From Paramoeba atlantica (taxonomy: Eukaryota; Protista; Discosea), in contig CDRNVI010000030.1 in the NCBI GenBank assembly GCA_977017575.1, forward strand, positions 434,001-498,000: DNA of 64,000 nucleotides. The letters run 5' to 3'. Shown here in pieces: positions 1-9,750 of the stretch. The stretch's first letter is position 1, and each line of letters begins with the position of its first letter. The notes beneath the pieces are model-generated. The model was given only the letters and a program-made list of their open reading frames with translations. It was not told the DNA's origin and ran no database searches. A program made the translations under genes and the position numbers.

Positions 1-336
1 GAAAAAAGAGAAAAACTTAAATTAAAGTTTCCCATTTATGATATCATAGGCAGGAAGTACGTCGTATGAAATACAGGACTTATATGGAACAAGTGATACA
101 TACGATATTGGTATAGATGCGTACAATATGTAAGCGAACTAGAAAGCTTACGAAAGGAGGTACCCGGCATCAAAATAGCAAGATGCTAAAGAACTAGGGC
201 ATTACACCTTTCCTATAGATGGATTTGCCCAATGCCAATAAAACAAGGCATCAAATAACTAGGGTAATGTCTGTCTAAAGTCCGGTGTCTTCTTATATGA
301 TTGAGCCAACCGCTCTCGTGCTAGAAGATTACTCCA

Positions 337-477
337 TTAATAAAAGTAAAGGTCTTAATAAAAGTAAAGGTCCTAATAAAAGTAAAGGTCTTAATAAAAG
401 TAAAGGTCTTAATAAAAGTAAAGGTCTTAATAAAAGTAAAGGTCTTAATAAAAGTAAAGGTCTTAATAAAAGTAAAG
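337..477. repeat. 18-bp minisatellite (TTAATAAAAGTAAAGGTC) x ~8
   Basis: Tandem units read directly; a related pair occurs at ~46440-46470. Confidence 0.95.
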
Positions 478-520
478 TCACATCTAGCAATGGTCAAAAA
501 CACCTTCGATGAGTACTCAT

Positions 521-622
521 ACAAAAAGGTTGATCTTACAAAAAGGTTGATCTTACTTTATAAAAAGTGTGTTCTTTATAAAAGTGTGTTCTTTATAAAA
601 AGTGTGTTCTTTATAAAAAGTG
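521..622. repeat. 17-bp (ACAAAAAGGTTGATCTT x2) and 18-bp (CTTTATAAAAAGTGTGTT x ~3.5) minisatellites
   Basis: Read directly. The 18-mer recurs at ~16981, ~48103-48166 and ~55915-55960, downstream of group-B CRE 3' UTRs. Confidence 0.9.
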
Positions 623-984
623 AATCAAAATCTCAAATTCAAGTTCGTTGACTACTGTGAGATCAATCAATTTATTTGATTAGTCAAATGGGCATGTGTA
701 TGATTGTTCCTAATGCATTGTAATTTTCAATAGGTAAAAATTTTAATGAAATTATATTTAATTTAATTTGAGGAATTCGCAAAGCATATTTTCAATCAGG
801 AGTTGAAATCAGGGTTGAAGAGAGGCGGTACGAGAAGGAAAAGTGGATGGAGTCGCGTGGGTAGTGTTGTCGCAGCGAGCTTTGTGTTAGGATAAAATGA
901 GAATAATAATAACAAGTAGAGCATTGCTGCGACCACTTGCGGACTGATATATATATATATATATGTATGTGGTACTAGAGTCGA

Positions 985-3900
985 TCAATGATTTAGTCCG
1001 CCAAGCCATTGTGCTGATGGAACGTACTTTCGAAGTTGCGTTGCAATGGTATATGCATTCATCTTCTCAATCTCGAGCTGGAAGGCTTCTTTCACGACTT
1101 TAACGTCTTGTTGTGATCGTTGGGCCAATAGAGACAAAAGGGTTTTCGTGTTTTTGTGTAGCTGCCCTAATTCGGTCATTGCCAGGCAGCTGAAACTTTC
1201 TTCTGGAATTCCTCCTTGCAGGACGTATTTCTTGTGTTTACGGTCAAGAGCATTCTGCATTAACTGTTCTGTGGAGGACTTGGTGTAGCTAGGGGCACAA
1301 CTGTGAACAACGGTGACGTCGTAGAGAATTTCTCCTGCATGAGACCACATAATGCCTAGGTCGGGACCGGAGCGTATGCGCCTGGCTCTGCATGGGTGAT
1401 TTTCGGAGAGCTCGTCAGAGACTGTTGCCTTACATTTAGTGCAGAAGAATGATGAATGTACTTGGCTCTACAACGTGAGCTAACCCTGCTTTGGCACACA
1501 GTTCTCCTAAGAAACGAACTAATCTTGTGTGTTTCTTTGTCGCATTGATTCCACAGCATTGCGTGCATCCAGGTATATGTTGAAATATCGTGTCGGACGT
1601 ATGTTCTGACAGGCATCCTGGGCACACGACTGTTTTTGGCATATTGTTGGGCACGATTCCTAGGCGCATCATTATACAAAATCGGAAGAGATATGGATTT
1701 ATGTAATTGCTGGTTGAATGTAGATGTTGAAAAGATGATGATCCTCGTTCCATCAGTTCGCTGAGGCGTTTATCCTTTTTGAGCTCGGTCGCAGTGCGTT
1801 TTTGCTCGGCTCGGATCGCTTTCATGGCCATTCGCTTGGATGTATCGTTTGTCAGGTTGGCGTGTTCGCTTTTGGTTCTGATTCGCTTGGATCCCGCAGT
1901 GACCACCGGAGCGTTGTAGGATTTTGATTGCTCTTCAATGGCCTTGCGAGAGGCAAGGAAAAAGTGCTTTTGTTTCAAGCATGACGGCGTGAGCCCGAGT
2001 CCCCCAAGATACTGTGGTAGAGTTGTTAGAGTTGTAGATGGGCCCGTCGAATTAAACCAAAGTTCAATGATACTCGTAACCTCTGCATCAAAGCGTTGTG
2101 CTAGTTCGAGAGTGGCGTCAGGTTTGTGGACTCGTAGATGGTAGTCCAAATCCAAATCCAAATCATTCCGGATTGCTCCGGATGGTCACTGGCAAGCCAG
2201 ACCCTTCACAGACAGATTTGGAAGTTCCGAGGCCGACGTCCTCTACCAGTTTCCGCTTGTCCAAGGCGGCACCAACGTGCTGTTGCCAACACGTTGCGTC
2301 GACGGACTGTACGTCAACACGGCTCACCCAAGAGGTGTAAGCCGGGTAAGGGAGCTGGTTCCCTGAGGGGAGGGTCCGGGACGGTCCTCCGAGTACTGGG
2401 CCTAGTCGGTTCTCAGCCCATTCTCTTAGAGTGAGGCCGCCGGGGATATTGCGATGAGCGGGTTTGAACTCGCCGTCTGAGCACCATGTGCTTCAAACTT
2501 TGAATTCTTGCCACTCCGCCACCTCCGCCCTAGTAGTAGATGGTAGTCCTGACGGGGGATCGTGCAGCGATTCAGAATTGCTAAGGAGAGGTTGCTTGGT
2601 CCCATTAGTCGTAAGCGACGGAAGAGGCACTTATGTTTGTCGAACTTCTTTAATAAGCATTCATTTACCATTCTATCCTGACCGATGTATGCGCCTAAGA
2701 TTTTTACTGCTGTCTGAGGATGTCCCACTCCCATGGTTTGCAGGATTTGAGGAGCACAGGGGGTATCCACTTTCTGAAACCATTCACATTTGCTGTAATT
2801 CACATGTAGACCGAGTAGTTTTGAAGACTCGTGTAAATGAAGGAAAGCCGTTTGGAGGGATATGGGATTAGTTGATGATAGCGTTATGTCGTCCATGTAA
2901 GCGCGCACTGTAACGTCTGGGAACGATTCCGCGATTTCTTTGAGTGAGTTTTGAATGAGTGCGCAAAAATATAGAGACGAGAGGGCAGAGCCTTGCCGAA
3001 CTCCGGAGGAACTTTTTACTATTGTATGGAGTGTGTTGTTGGTGAAGAAAAGTAGGTCAGAAGGCTCTCCGTATTCCAAATTGAAGATGCGCATAAATGG
3101 TTTAAAGATGTTGTTGTGAGTTAGTGCCTCAGATATTGCTTGACGGGAAGGGGTGTTGTATGCGCTTTTGTAGTCAACTGTTAGAATGGCGTGCCCCTTG
3201 TCGTATTCATCGATGAGTTCGTGGACAATACCTTCGCAGGCGTTCTTTTGCAGAATTCCTCGTTGCTCCGGCTCAAAGAATTTCTTGAGTTTTTCTTCGT
3301 TTCGGTTTAATAGAATAGACCCACATATCTTTAGCAGAGTTTCTCCGATTGCGATTGGTCTTATTCCGTTTTCTGGTTTGTTGATTGCCATGAGCCGGCA
3401 TCGAGTCAATCTTTCGCGTACCGACGGTGCGATGTCTCCGTTTACCATGTCTCGCAGCATATGACACAGAGCCGTGCTAGATTCTTCGTCATCTGCTAGT
3501 AGACGCAACATAGCCTCGCTCAAACCTGTTGGGCCTGGGGAGGCTCCCGGGGCCAACTTTTCAATTGCTGCTCGGAGTTCGTGTTTTTCGATAATCCCGG
3601 TTCGTGGATATTGGGCTGACGTGAGACTAGGACGTTCTCCCTCCGGGTGTAGATCCTTAAGCTTTGCTACCTTTTCGTCAATGCTGAGATTCGTGTCTAG
3701 ATATATGTTGTCGAGGATGCGGGTGGCTTTGCTCAAGTTTCCAGCTCTAGCTGTCCGTAGCGCGGAACGTATTGAGCGTTGGTCGGCCTCACGTTCTATT
3801 TTCTCATCTTGTGTGGTGAGGAACTCGTCCTTGCGTGTTGATCTGGTTTTCGGGTTGCTGTACTTTCGCTGGATCGCTTGCCGTACAGTAGCGAGTGAAT

Positions 3901-4596
3901 CACGTGGTGCGTTAAGAAATTTGTGCCAGACAGAGGTTTTTTCTGATGCGAGATGCAGCGCGGGATATCCTCGTAAGATCTCTCTAAAGATTGCTACGAC
4001 GTGGGATGCGAATGTCGGGTCTATGTCGGTGAAGGAGGGGAGTGGTTCTAGGTCGCCGCCTGCGTCATAATCTTGTACTTCGCCCAGATCTAACTGTGTC
4101 GATTGCGTAGCGATACGATTTAGTTTTATTGCGCGTAGTCGAAAAATATTTATCTTGTGTGATGCGGGTAGGTAGAGAAATCCTGATGGACTTGAACCAT
4201 TTTTCGGTGTGTAGGATATCTTCACCCTAACTGTGCCTTTCCGGGAATGGCGTGACACAACATCTCCGATAGAGTGAAAGACTTCATCGCAGTGTCTGAA
4301 TTTCCAATGCACTTCGCAGGTAGATCCTTTTCCCCATTGGCTTATAATTTTCACGACCTGATCGGGGGTCTTTAATGTGCTTGCTGCGAGATCGGTCAAA
4401 GTCAGCATGTCGTCGTCCGAAATGTCTGGTCCACTTGTGCATGAGTCACTTGAGTCTTGCTCGTCCTGTGACATGTCTGCTTCTGCATGCTTCGCTTGCT
4501 GATGAGCTGGTGAGTTGGTAGTGCGAAGTATAACTTTGACTTTCTTTGGAGTTTGCTTTTTGTTTTTATGTGTGGTATTTTCTTTTCTGATTTTTA
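985..4596 (-). mobile_element. CRE/SLACS-like non-LTR retrotransposon, group A, disrupted
   Basis: ORF pieces 2426-4474 (PGPTG, RPIAIGE, GVRQGS, YMDD), 1436-2161 and 985-1350 (GPDLGIMW..YDVTVVH RLE motif). Broken by a SINE at 2148-2535 and a 1-nt frameshift near 1460. Confidence 0.92.
2148..2535 (-). mobile_element. tRNA-derived SINE (388 bp) with (GGATTT)n tail and 14-bp TSD
   Basis: TSD GTAGATGGTAGTCC at 2134-2147 and 2536-2549 duplicates codons DYHL of the host RT. On the minus strand: A-box TGGCGGAGTGG (2521-2511), B-box GAGTTCAAACC (~2471-2461), tail GATTTGGATTTGGATTT. Confidence 0.8.
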
Positions 4597-4624
4597 TTTT
4601 AAATGCGGAGGGGTCTGATAGAGC

Positions 4625-4990
4625 TTAATCTGAGCTTTTGTTTCTTTGAACACTCGCGAAAGTAGCCTCTTCGCCGTACTCTTTGTGTTGGCCGGTATCT
4701 GCGGTTGGATTTTTCTCGATGCTGAGAGCGGCTTTCTCTGATTTCTCTGCCCAGTGCTGGGGTATATGTTGTGGAATGGAGGTCGTGTACTTGAGTTCGT
4801 CGTAGTTGCTGGTTGCTTGAATGAGTTTGTCGTTGGCTTTGAACTGGTCCCATGAACCAATCTCATGTCTATTCGCTTCTTCGGTGAAGTTCAAGTTGTT
4901 CTCCTGTACGCCAGTGCTCCTAACAGTTGCAGTGGTCTGCCGATTCTCCGACGGCGTACGTTGCGCCGCCCGCGAGGAAGGAACTGACAT
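4625..4990 (-). pseudogene. SL-headed retrocopy of a small Ataxin-2/PBP1-like LsmAD-domain protein (121 aa), fused upstream of the CRE copy
   Basis: WDQFKANDKL..ATSNYDELKYTT..AEK..KAALSIEK..EEATFASVQR matches the LsmAD pattern. The ATG lies 21 nt after an SL remnant. Confidence 0.8.
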
Positions 4991-5011
4991 AATAAAATAA
5001 TAATAATAATA

Positions 5012-5027
5012 CAACAAGGTACAGAAA
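5012..5027 (-). other. spliced-leader remnant (16 nt, TTTCTGTACCTTGTTG)
   Basis: Identical to the 3' end of the full SL copies at 8600 and 50708. Confidence 0.85.
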
Positions 5028-5029
5028 TA

Positions 5030-6805
5030 CCTTTGTCATCTAGAAAACGAGTACGCCCTCCGGGGGCTGGTCCTTCGAAAATCAAAAATAGAAGCCTTAA
5101 AGGGAGCTATGTATCGCAGAGCATGTCCGGCGCAGAGAGCGAATCCCTTAGGCTTGACTAATAGTTTACGAGATGAAATTTAGGCGAGGGCTATTTACGT
5201 TTAATAACCTGGCCCTTCGGGGCACATAAATATATGAACTTATGATATGGCCCTTCGGGGCACATGTATTATTAGTTTCTTCTTTCTCATATTCTTCAGT
5301 TTATGACTTTCAAACATCAACATATTTAGTAGACTTTATTTCCTTTTTGTAGCTGTACACGAGTTTCGAGGAGTTTTTTTAGCTCCATTAAAGTGTAACT
5401 TGTGCTCCTTCGGTTGTTCGTGATGTGCTCGAAATTATAAGGTGTGGGACTGGTCATCCCCATTTTGTACTTTCGCAGGACACGTTTGTTTGATCTTTGA
5501 TACGAGCGACCGGGTATGATACGTGTGAGCGGGTTCGGAGGCTGCGGGGTGTGGGGGGCTGAGCCCCTTCACTTCGTACTACTAGTATTTAATATTTACG
5601 TTATAGCGCGCAAGGCCTTTTTTCATTCATTTTGGAAATATTTAGGTGAACTCATATTTCAGGGCTGAGTAATGCGAACTATTTTCAGAGTCTTATTTCT
5701 TGATGAGTATATCTATTTTTATATCATTTTAACTTTACTTGATGCTGCTGTGAGCCCTCGCCGTGGATTTCTAATAGTTTACGAGATGAAATTTAGGCGA
5801 GGGCTATTTACGTTTAATAACCTGGCCCTTCGGGGCACATAAATATATGAACTTATGATATGGCCCTTCGGGGCACATGTATTATTAGTTTCTTCTTTCT
5901 CATATTCTTCAGTTTATGACTTTCAAACATCAACATATTTAGTAGACTTTATTTCCTTTTTGTAGCTGTACACGAGTTTCGAGGCCCACCCACCAACCCC
6001 CAGCCTCGGCTGCGGGGTGTGGGTGGCTGAGCCCCTTCACTTCGTACTACTAGTATTTAATATTTACGTTATAGCGCGCAAGGCCTTTTTTCATTCATTT
6101 TGGAAAGATTTAGGTGAACTCATATTTCAGGGCTGAGTAATGCGAACTATTTTCAGAGTCTTATTTCTTGATGAGTATATCTATTTTTATATCATTTTAA
6201 CTTTACTTGATGCTGCTGTGAGCCCTCGCCGTGGATTTCCCATATAAAAAACCTCATTGGAAGTTCGGCGCTATTCACCGAAGAGAAAATCCTTTCTAGC
6301 AATCTATTGGCTCTCGGGTCAACGCCCGGGAGATTTAATGCGTCAGAAAGTGAAAGATGTGGCCATGAGTACGATAAACAACGAATTGCAAGTCAACCTA
6401 TGGATGTATCAGCACTGCAAAAACACGAATACTCAAGAAAGGCTATCTCCTCGGTGTGTGAGAATGTTCGTACCGGGATTTTGGAGGAAATTGATCGAGA
6501 ATCATGTTTGGAACAGCCGGCAAAATGCATCCGAAAATTTATTCCCGATAGATCTTCGTCGCATCGACCAACAGATACGGCAAATTCCGGTCGACAATTA
6601 CCACCCATTGCTCAAGGAACACCATACGTTGTATTCGATAAGACGAGGCTCCCTTCAGCACCTCGCTGCATCGGGGATAAGTGCCAGGGAAATTCAACAT
6701 CTCACTCGTCATGTATCGGAATCGTCCCTGCGGGCCTACCTAGGGTCGTTTCTAGATCCGCATGCAGTGGCGGGGCTCGAAACAACACGCATGCTGGGAC
6801 GCGAC
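5030..6805 (+). pseudogene. tyrosine recombinase gene fragment (third YR retroelement), split by the mini element
   Basis: Removing 5159-6239 rejoins ...AQRANPLGLT|HIKNLIG in frame. After a 1-nt frameshift come SFLAIYWLSGQR, CKN, YSIRRG and TRH..LRAY (R-K-x-R-H-Y; His of HxxR replaced by Tyr). The track ORF runs on to 7096 without homology. Confidence 0.85.
5159..6239 (+). mobile_element. non-autonomous YR element with split direct repeats A1-[168 bp]-B1-A2-c-B2 (1081 bp)
   Basis: A 5159-5371 = 5772-5984 (213 bp); B 5540-5771 ~ 6008-6239 (232 bp). The internal junction GTGGATTTC^TAATAG reproduces the two termini; no TSD. Confidence 0.88.
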
Positions 6806-8434
6806 GCGAGAGTTCCCCACGAACACCCCGAAGCGGAAACGTCAAATCATCGAGCAATACCCACCTTGGCGATCGAACCTCCAGAAGAAATGTTAATCGA
6901 TCCTCCAGAAGAAACAGTGGGCCAAACGGGAAACAGGAGCGGCAACACTCGGTCCTATACTTTTCTCGCTCACTCAATTGGTCAGTTACATGTTTTTTTT
7001 TTTTTTACCATCGTTTTTTGTAAGATACACTTTTTGAATATCACTTTTCAACCTGGAATAACAATCCTTCTGTGCAGAAAATCCTTTTATAAATAAAATA
7101 TCTTTTTTTTTTTGACGAAGGTAACTATATTTAGATATATTCGCTATCATTTGTGCAAAGGGGCGATTATTCGAAAATTTTGATTTTGCTAATTTTTTTT
7201 TCTAATTATGTAAAGGGAAGGGTGGTGATCCAAAATTTTCGAGTTGCAAAGTAAAGTAAAAGCTTTATTAACTTTTGCAAAAAGTTTTAACTTATGGAAA
7301 TTGTTTCTAATGTTCAATAAAATAAAATCATATATTTCGTCTGAACGATTACCTGACTTTCCGAGTATAATTACTAACACAAGTTTACATTTTTGTCATT
7401 GTGATATTTGTCCTTCAGGAAAATAACCATAAAGTAAAGTAAAGTGCTCAGTTTGCGTTTACTGGGAAAGATTAGTTGTGTTAATAAAACCGTTTAAGGA
7501 AAGATTAGTTACTTAGTCCGCCTATCCAGTTGCAGTGTGGGATCACGTCTCTTAGTTGGCATACAACTGTGTATGCATTGAATTTTTCAACTGCTAGTCG
7601 GAAGGCATCGCGTGTGTCTTTAGGATTGAGGTGTGCCCGTGCTGCTAAAACAGAGATGAGTCTTTTAGTGTCTTCATGGAGAAGCCCACAATCAGTCACC
7701 GCTAAGCATTTGAACGCCTCTGGTTCCAAACCATTCTGTTCTACATACTTTTTATTTTTCCTGGCCAGTGCGTTTTCCATTAGTTGTTCAGGGGTGAACT
7801 TTGCATTTGACACCGTACAAGTATGTACAACAGTTACGTCATACAATATCTCTCCCTGGTGAGGCCACATTATTCCCAAGTCAGGACCAGAACGTATCCG
7901 ACGCGCTCTACACGCATGTCGTTCAGCTGCATCTGCAGAAATACTTGCCTTGCACTTTGTGCAATTGAATGAAGCATGTACTCGAGGTTCGACCACGTGA
8001 GGGAGCCCAGCCTTGGTGCATAAATCTGAAAGCAAACGGATCAGGTGTGTGTGTTTCTTCGTGGTGTTCATACCTGAACATTGTGCGCAGCCCGCAACAT
8101 GATGAAGAAGGCCGTTTCCTTCTTGCTGTGACCCGCATCCCGGACAATGGCAAATCCCTGAGGCTTTCGGGAGTGATATCCCCAATCGCATCATTATGGA
8201 ATATCGGAAAAGATAGGGATTGATGTAATCGGCTAGGGGGGACCTTCGATGAGTACTCATCGTAAGTTGTAGACTTTCGATGAGTCTCACGGAAAGTTGT
8301 AGACTTTCGATGAGTACTCATCGAAGGTGTTTTTGACTTTTTCAATTTTTCGTATTTTATCAATTTTTTGCGAAGGGCCAACTGTGAGCGTAGCCCTGGG
8401 ACATAATAATATTTTTTGGCGACCCGTGCGCTCC

Positions 8435-8575
8435 ATGCGGAGGTGGTGGATATTGGCACGGCGGGCGGAGGAGGAGTTGGCATCACGGCCTTCTTTTTCC
8501 GGCGGGCAGGAGGGAGCGGCAAAATCTCAGGACTACTCCTGATTCTTTTGCTTGGGAGCGTGTGAACACTCCCAT
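8435..8575 (-). pseudogene. MGVFTRSQAK.. N-terminal Pro-rich ORF fragment (frameshifted), SL-headed
   Basis: Same N-terminus as the ORFs at 12967, 17451 and 49544; ATG 24 nt after a full SL. Confidence 0.7.
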
Positions 8576-8599
8576 GAAAGGTAAAAAAAAGTAAATAAT

Positions 8600-8638
8600 C
8601 AACAAGGTACAGAAACTGTATCTTTATCGTTAAAGATT
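8600..8638 (-). other. full-length spliced-leader exon copy (38-39 nt)
   Basis: 38 nt are shared with the copies at 50708-50745 and 58500-58537. Confidence 0.88.
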
Positions 8639-9291
8639 ATTGTACGTGTGCTTCTCTCTAGATTCGTGGGAAGCAATTTGCGAAGCTCAACTACTTGATA
8701 ACAAATTTTAGTACCCATTTTGGCCGCGCGGGGGCCCCCGCGTGAGCGGGGGTGCGCGCGGCCGCGAAACGGCGAGGGCCCGCGTGAGCGGGCCTGAGCC
8801 GTACCCCGCGTAGGATTCCCCTGTGCGTCGTTAGTGGGAAGCAATTTGCGAAGCTCACTGAATTTCGTAGTTTTCGCTACGGAGGCGTTGTCAACGTATG
8901 TAGTGAAGTGTAGGATACTGAACGCACGGAAAATGAAAATCAAAAAAAAATCTTGGGTGTTCCACAAAAGTCCTTGACTTCCACCGTAAATTTCCGTTCG
9001 TTGAGAACTCAACGAACGTACCCCCAACCCGTCTACCCCTTCCGCAGGATTGTCCAGAGGCAAGGCCCAACTGTGAGCGTAGCCCTGTTGTTTTTTGTAA
9101 GACGGATTCTTCAGCTATTTTGCCGGTTTTAACGTAGGTATCATGTTTCCGTTACGTTGATGACCATCAGACTATGTTTTGATGTTCATGCGCTCGTTGG
9201 CGCAGAGATACAGCCCTTGATGCGACAGCCGATATCATCGGCACAATCCGTATTGACGGATGTCGCACCAAGGGGGTTTAGCTCGGACTCT

Positions 9292-9434
9292 GTCGGTAGA
9301 GGGGGTCCAGGCAACTCGCCCTCTCTTTACGCAGCCGGAGGGGCGCACTGCAACCGACTCGGTCCCAGTCGGTAGAGGTGGTCCAGGCAACTCACCACCT
9401 CTTTACGCAGCCGGAGGGGCGCACTGCAACCGAC
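9292..9434. repeat. two 67-nt structured repeats (76-bp period)
   Basis: 9292-9358 and 9368-9434; each can fold into three stems. Confidence 0.85.
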
Positions 9435-9644
9435 CGCTGCCTCGCGATAAGACGAGGCAGAGCCACGCCCAGTGGTCCTCAAGGGAGGCCACCATGGCGC
9501 ATGGCTCCCCGGGAAGAAAAGGGCGCGAAGGGAAGAAAGCCGGGGAGGGAAGAAAACCCACTCAAGGAGTGAGCCGGGAAGGGGTGATGGGGTGGAAGCG
9601 CGTCCCCTACTTCGCCGAGAAAGAGGGACAGTTTCGGTCTTAGT

Positions 9645-9750
9645 GCCGGCCGGCAACGGGCATATAAAACAGTAAGATTATGCCCGTTGCCGGGGAAAGA
9701 AAAGATGAACTAAAGGGAAAATGTACCAACAAGGTACAGAAACTGTATCT
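9645..9750 (-). ncRNA. SL RNA gene-like fragment (5'-truncated exon, GT donor, downstream hairpin)
   Basis: 24 nt of SL followed by GTACA; this is the only SL copy followed by GT. UGUAC-CUUGUUG-GUACA mirrors kinetoplastid SL stem-loop I. A perfect 15-bp hairpin lies at 9650-9693. The 3' end is unknown. Confidence 0.5.

Noticed and set aside
285-524. ORFs 285-512 and 321-524
   Set aside because: Translations of the stop-free 18-bp minisatellite.
2440-2535. Functional tRNA gene
   Set aside because: No convincing anticodon arm or acceptor stem; bounded by a TSD with a long body and tail, so treated as a SINE head.
3474-4070. Antisense ORFs over RT genes (also 44392-45114, 11318-11704, 25443-26081)
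   Set aside because: Shadow frames of the CRE ORFs.
8245-8325. Regularly spaced palindromes resembling a CRISPR array (also 10025-10105, 13478-13560, 28320-28405, 55258-55392)
   Set aside because: Spacers are near-identical, arrays have only 3-5 units and sit inside TIRs with TSDs; no cas genes; eukaryotic context.
8599-9063. Recurring ~150-aa ORFs in TIR elements (also 28746, 31584, 32589) as a transposase
   Set aside because: No DDE motif, inconsistent starts and ends; they are open because of GC-rich palindromes.
9270-9720. 5S rRNA, U snRNA or hammerhead ribozyme next to the SL fragment
   Set aside because: No recognisable 5S or snRNA motifs and no CUGANGA/GAAA core on either strand.
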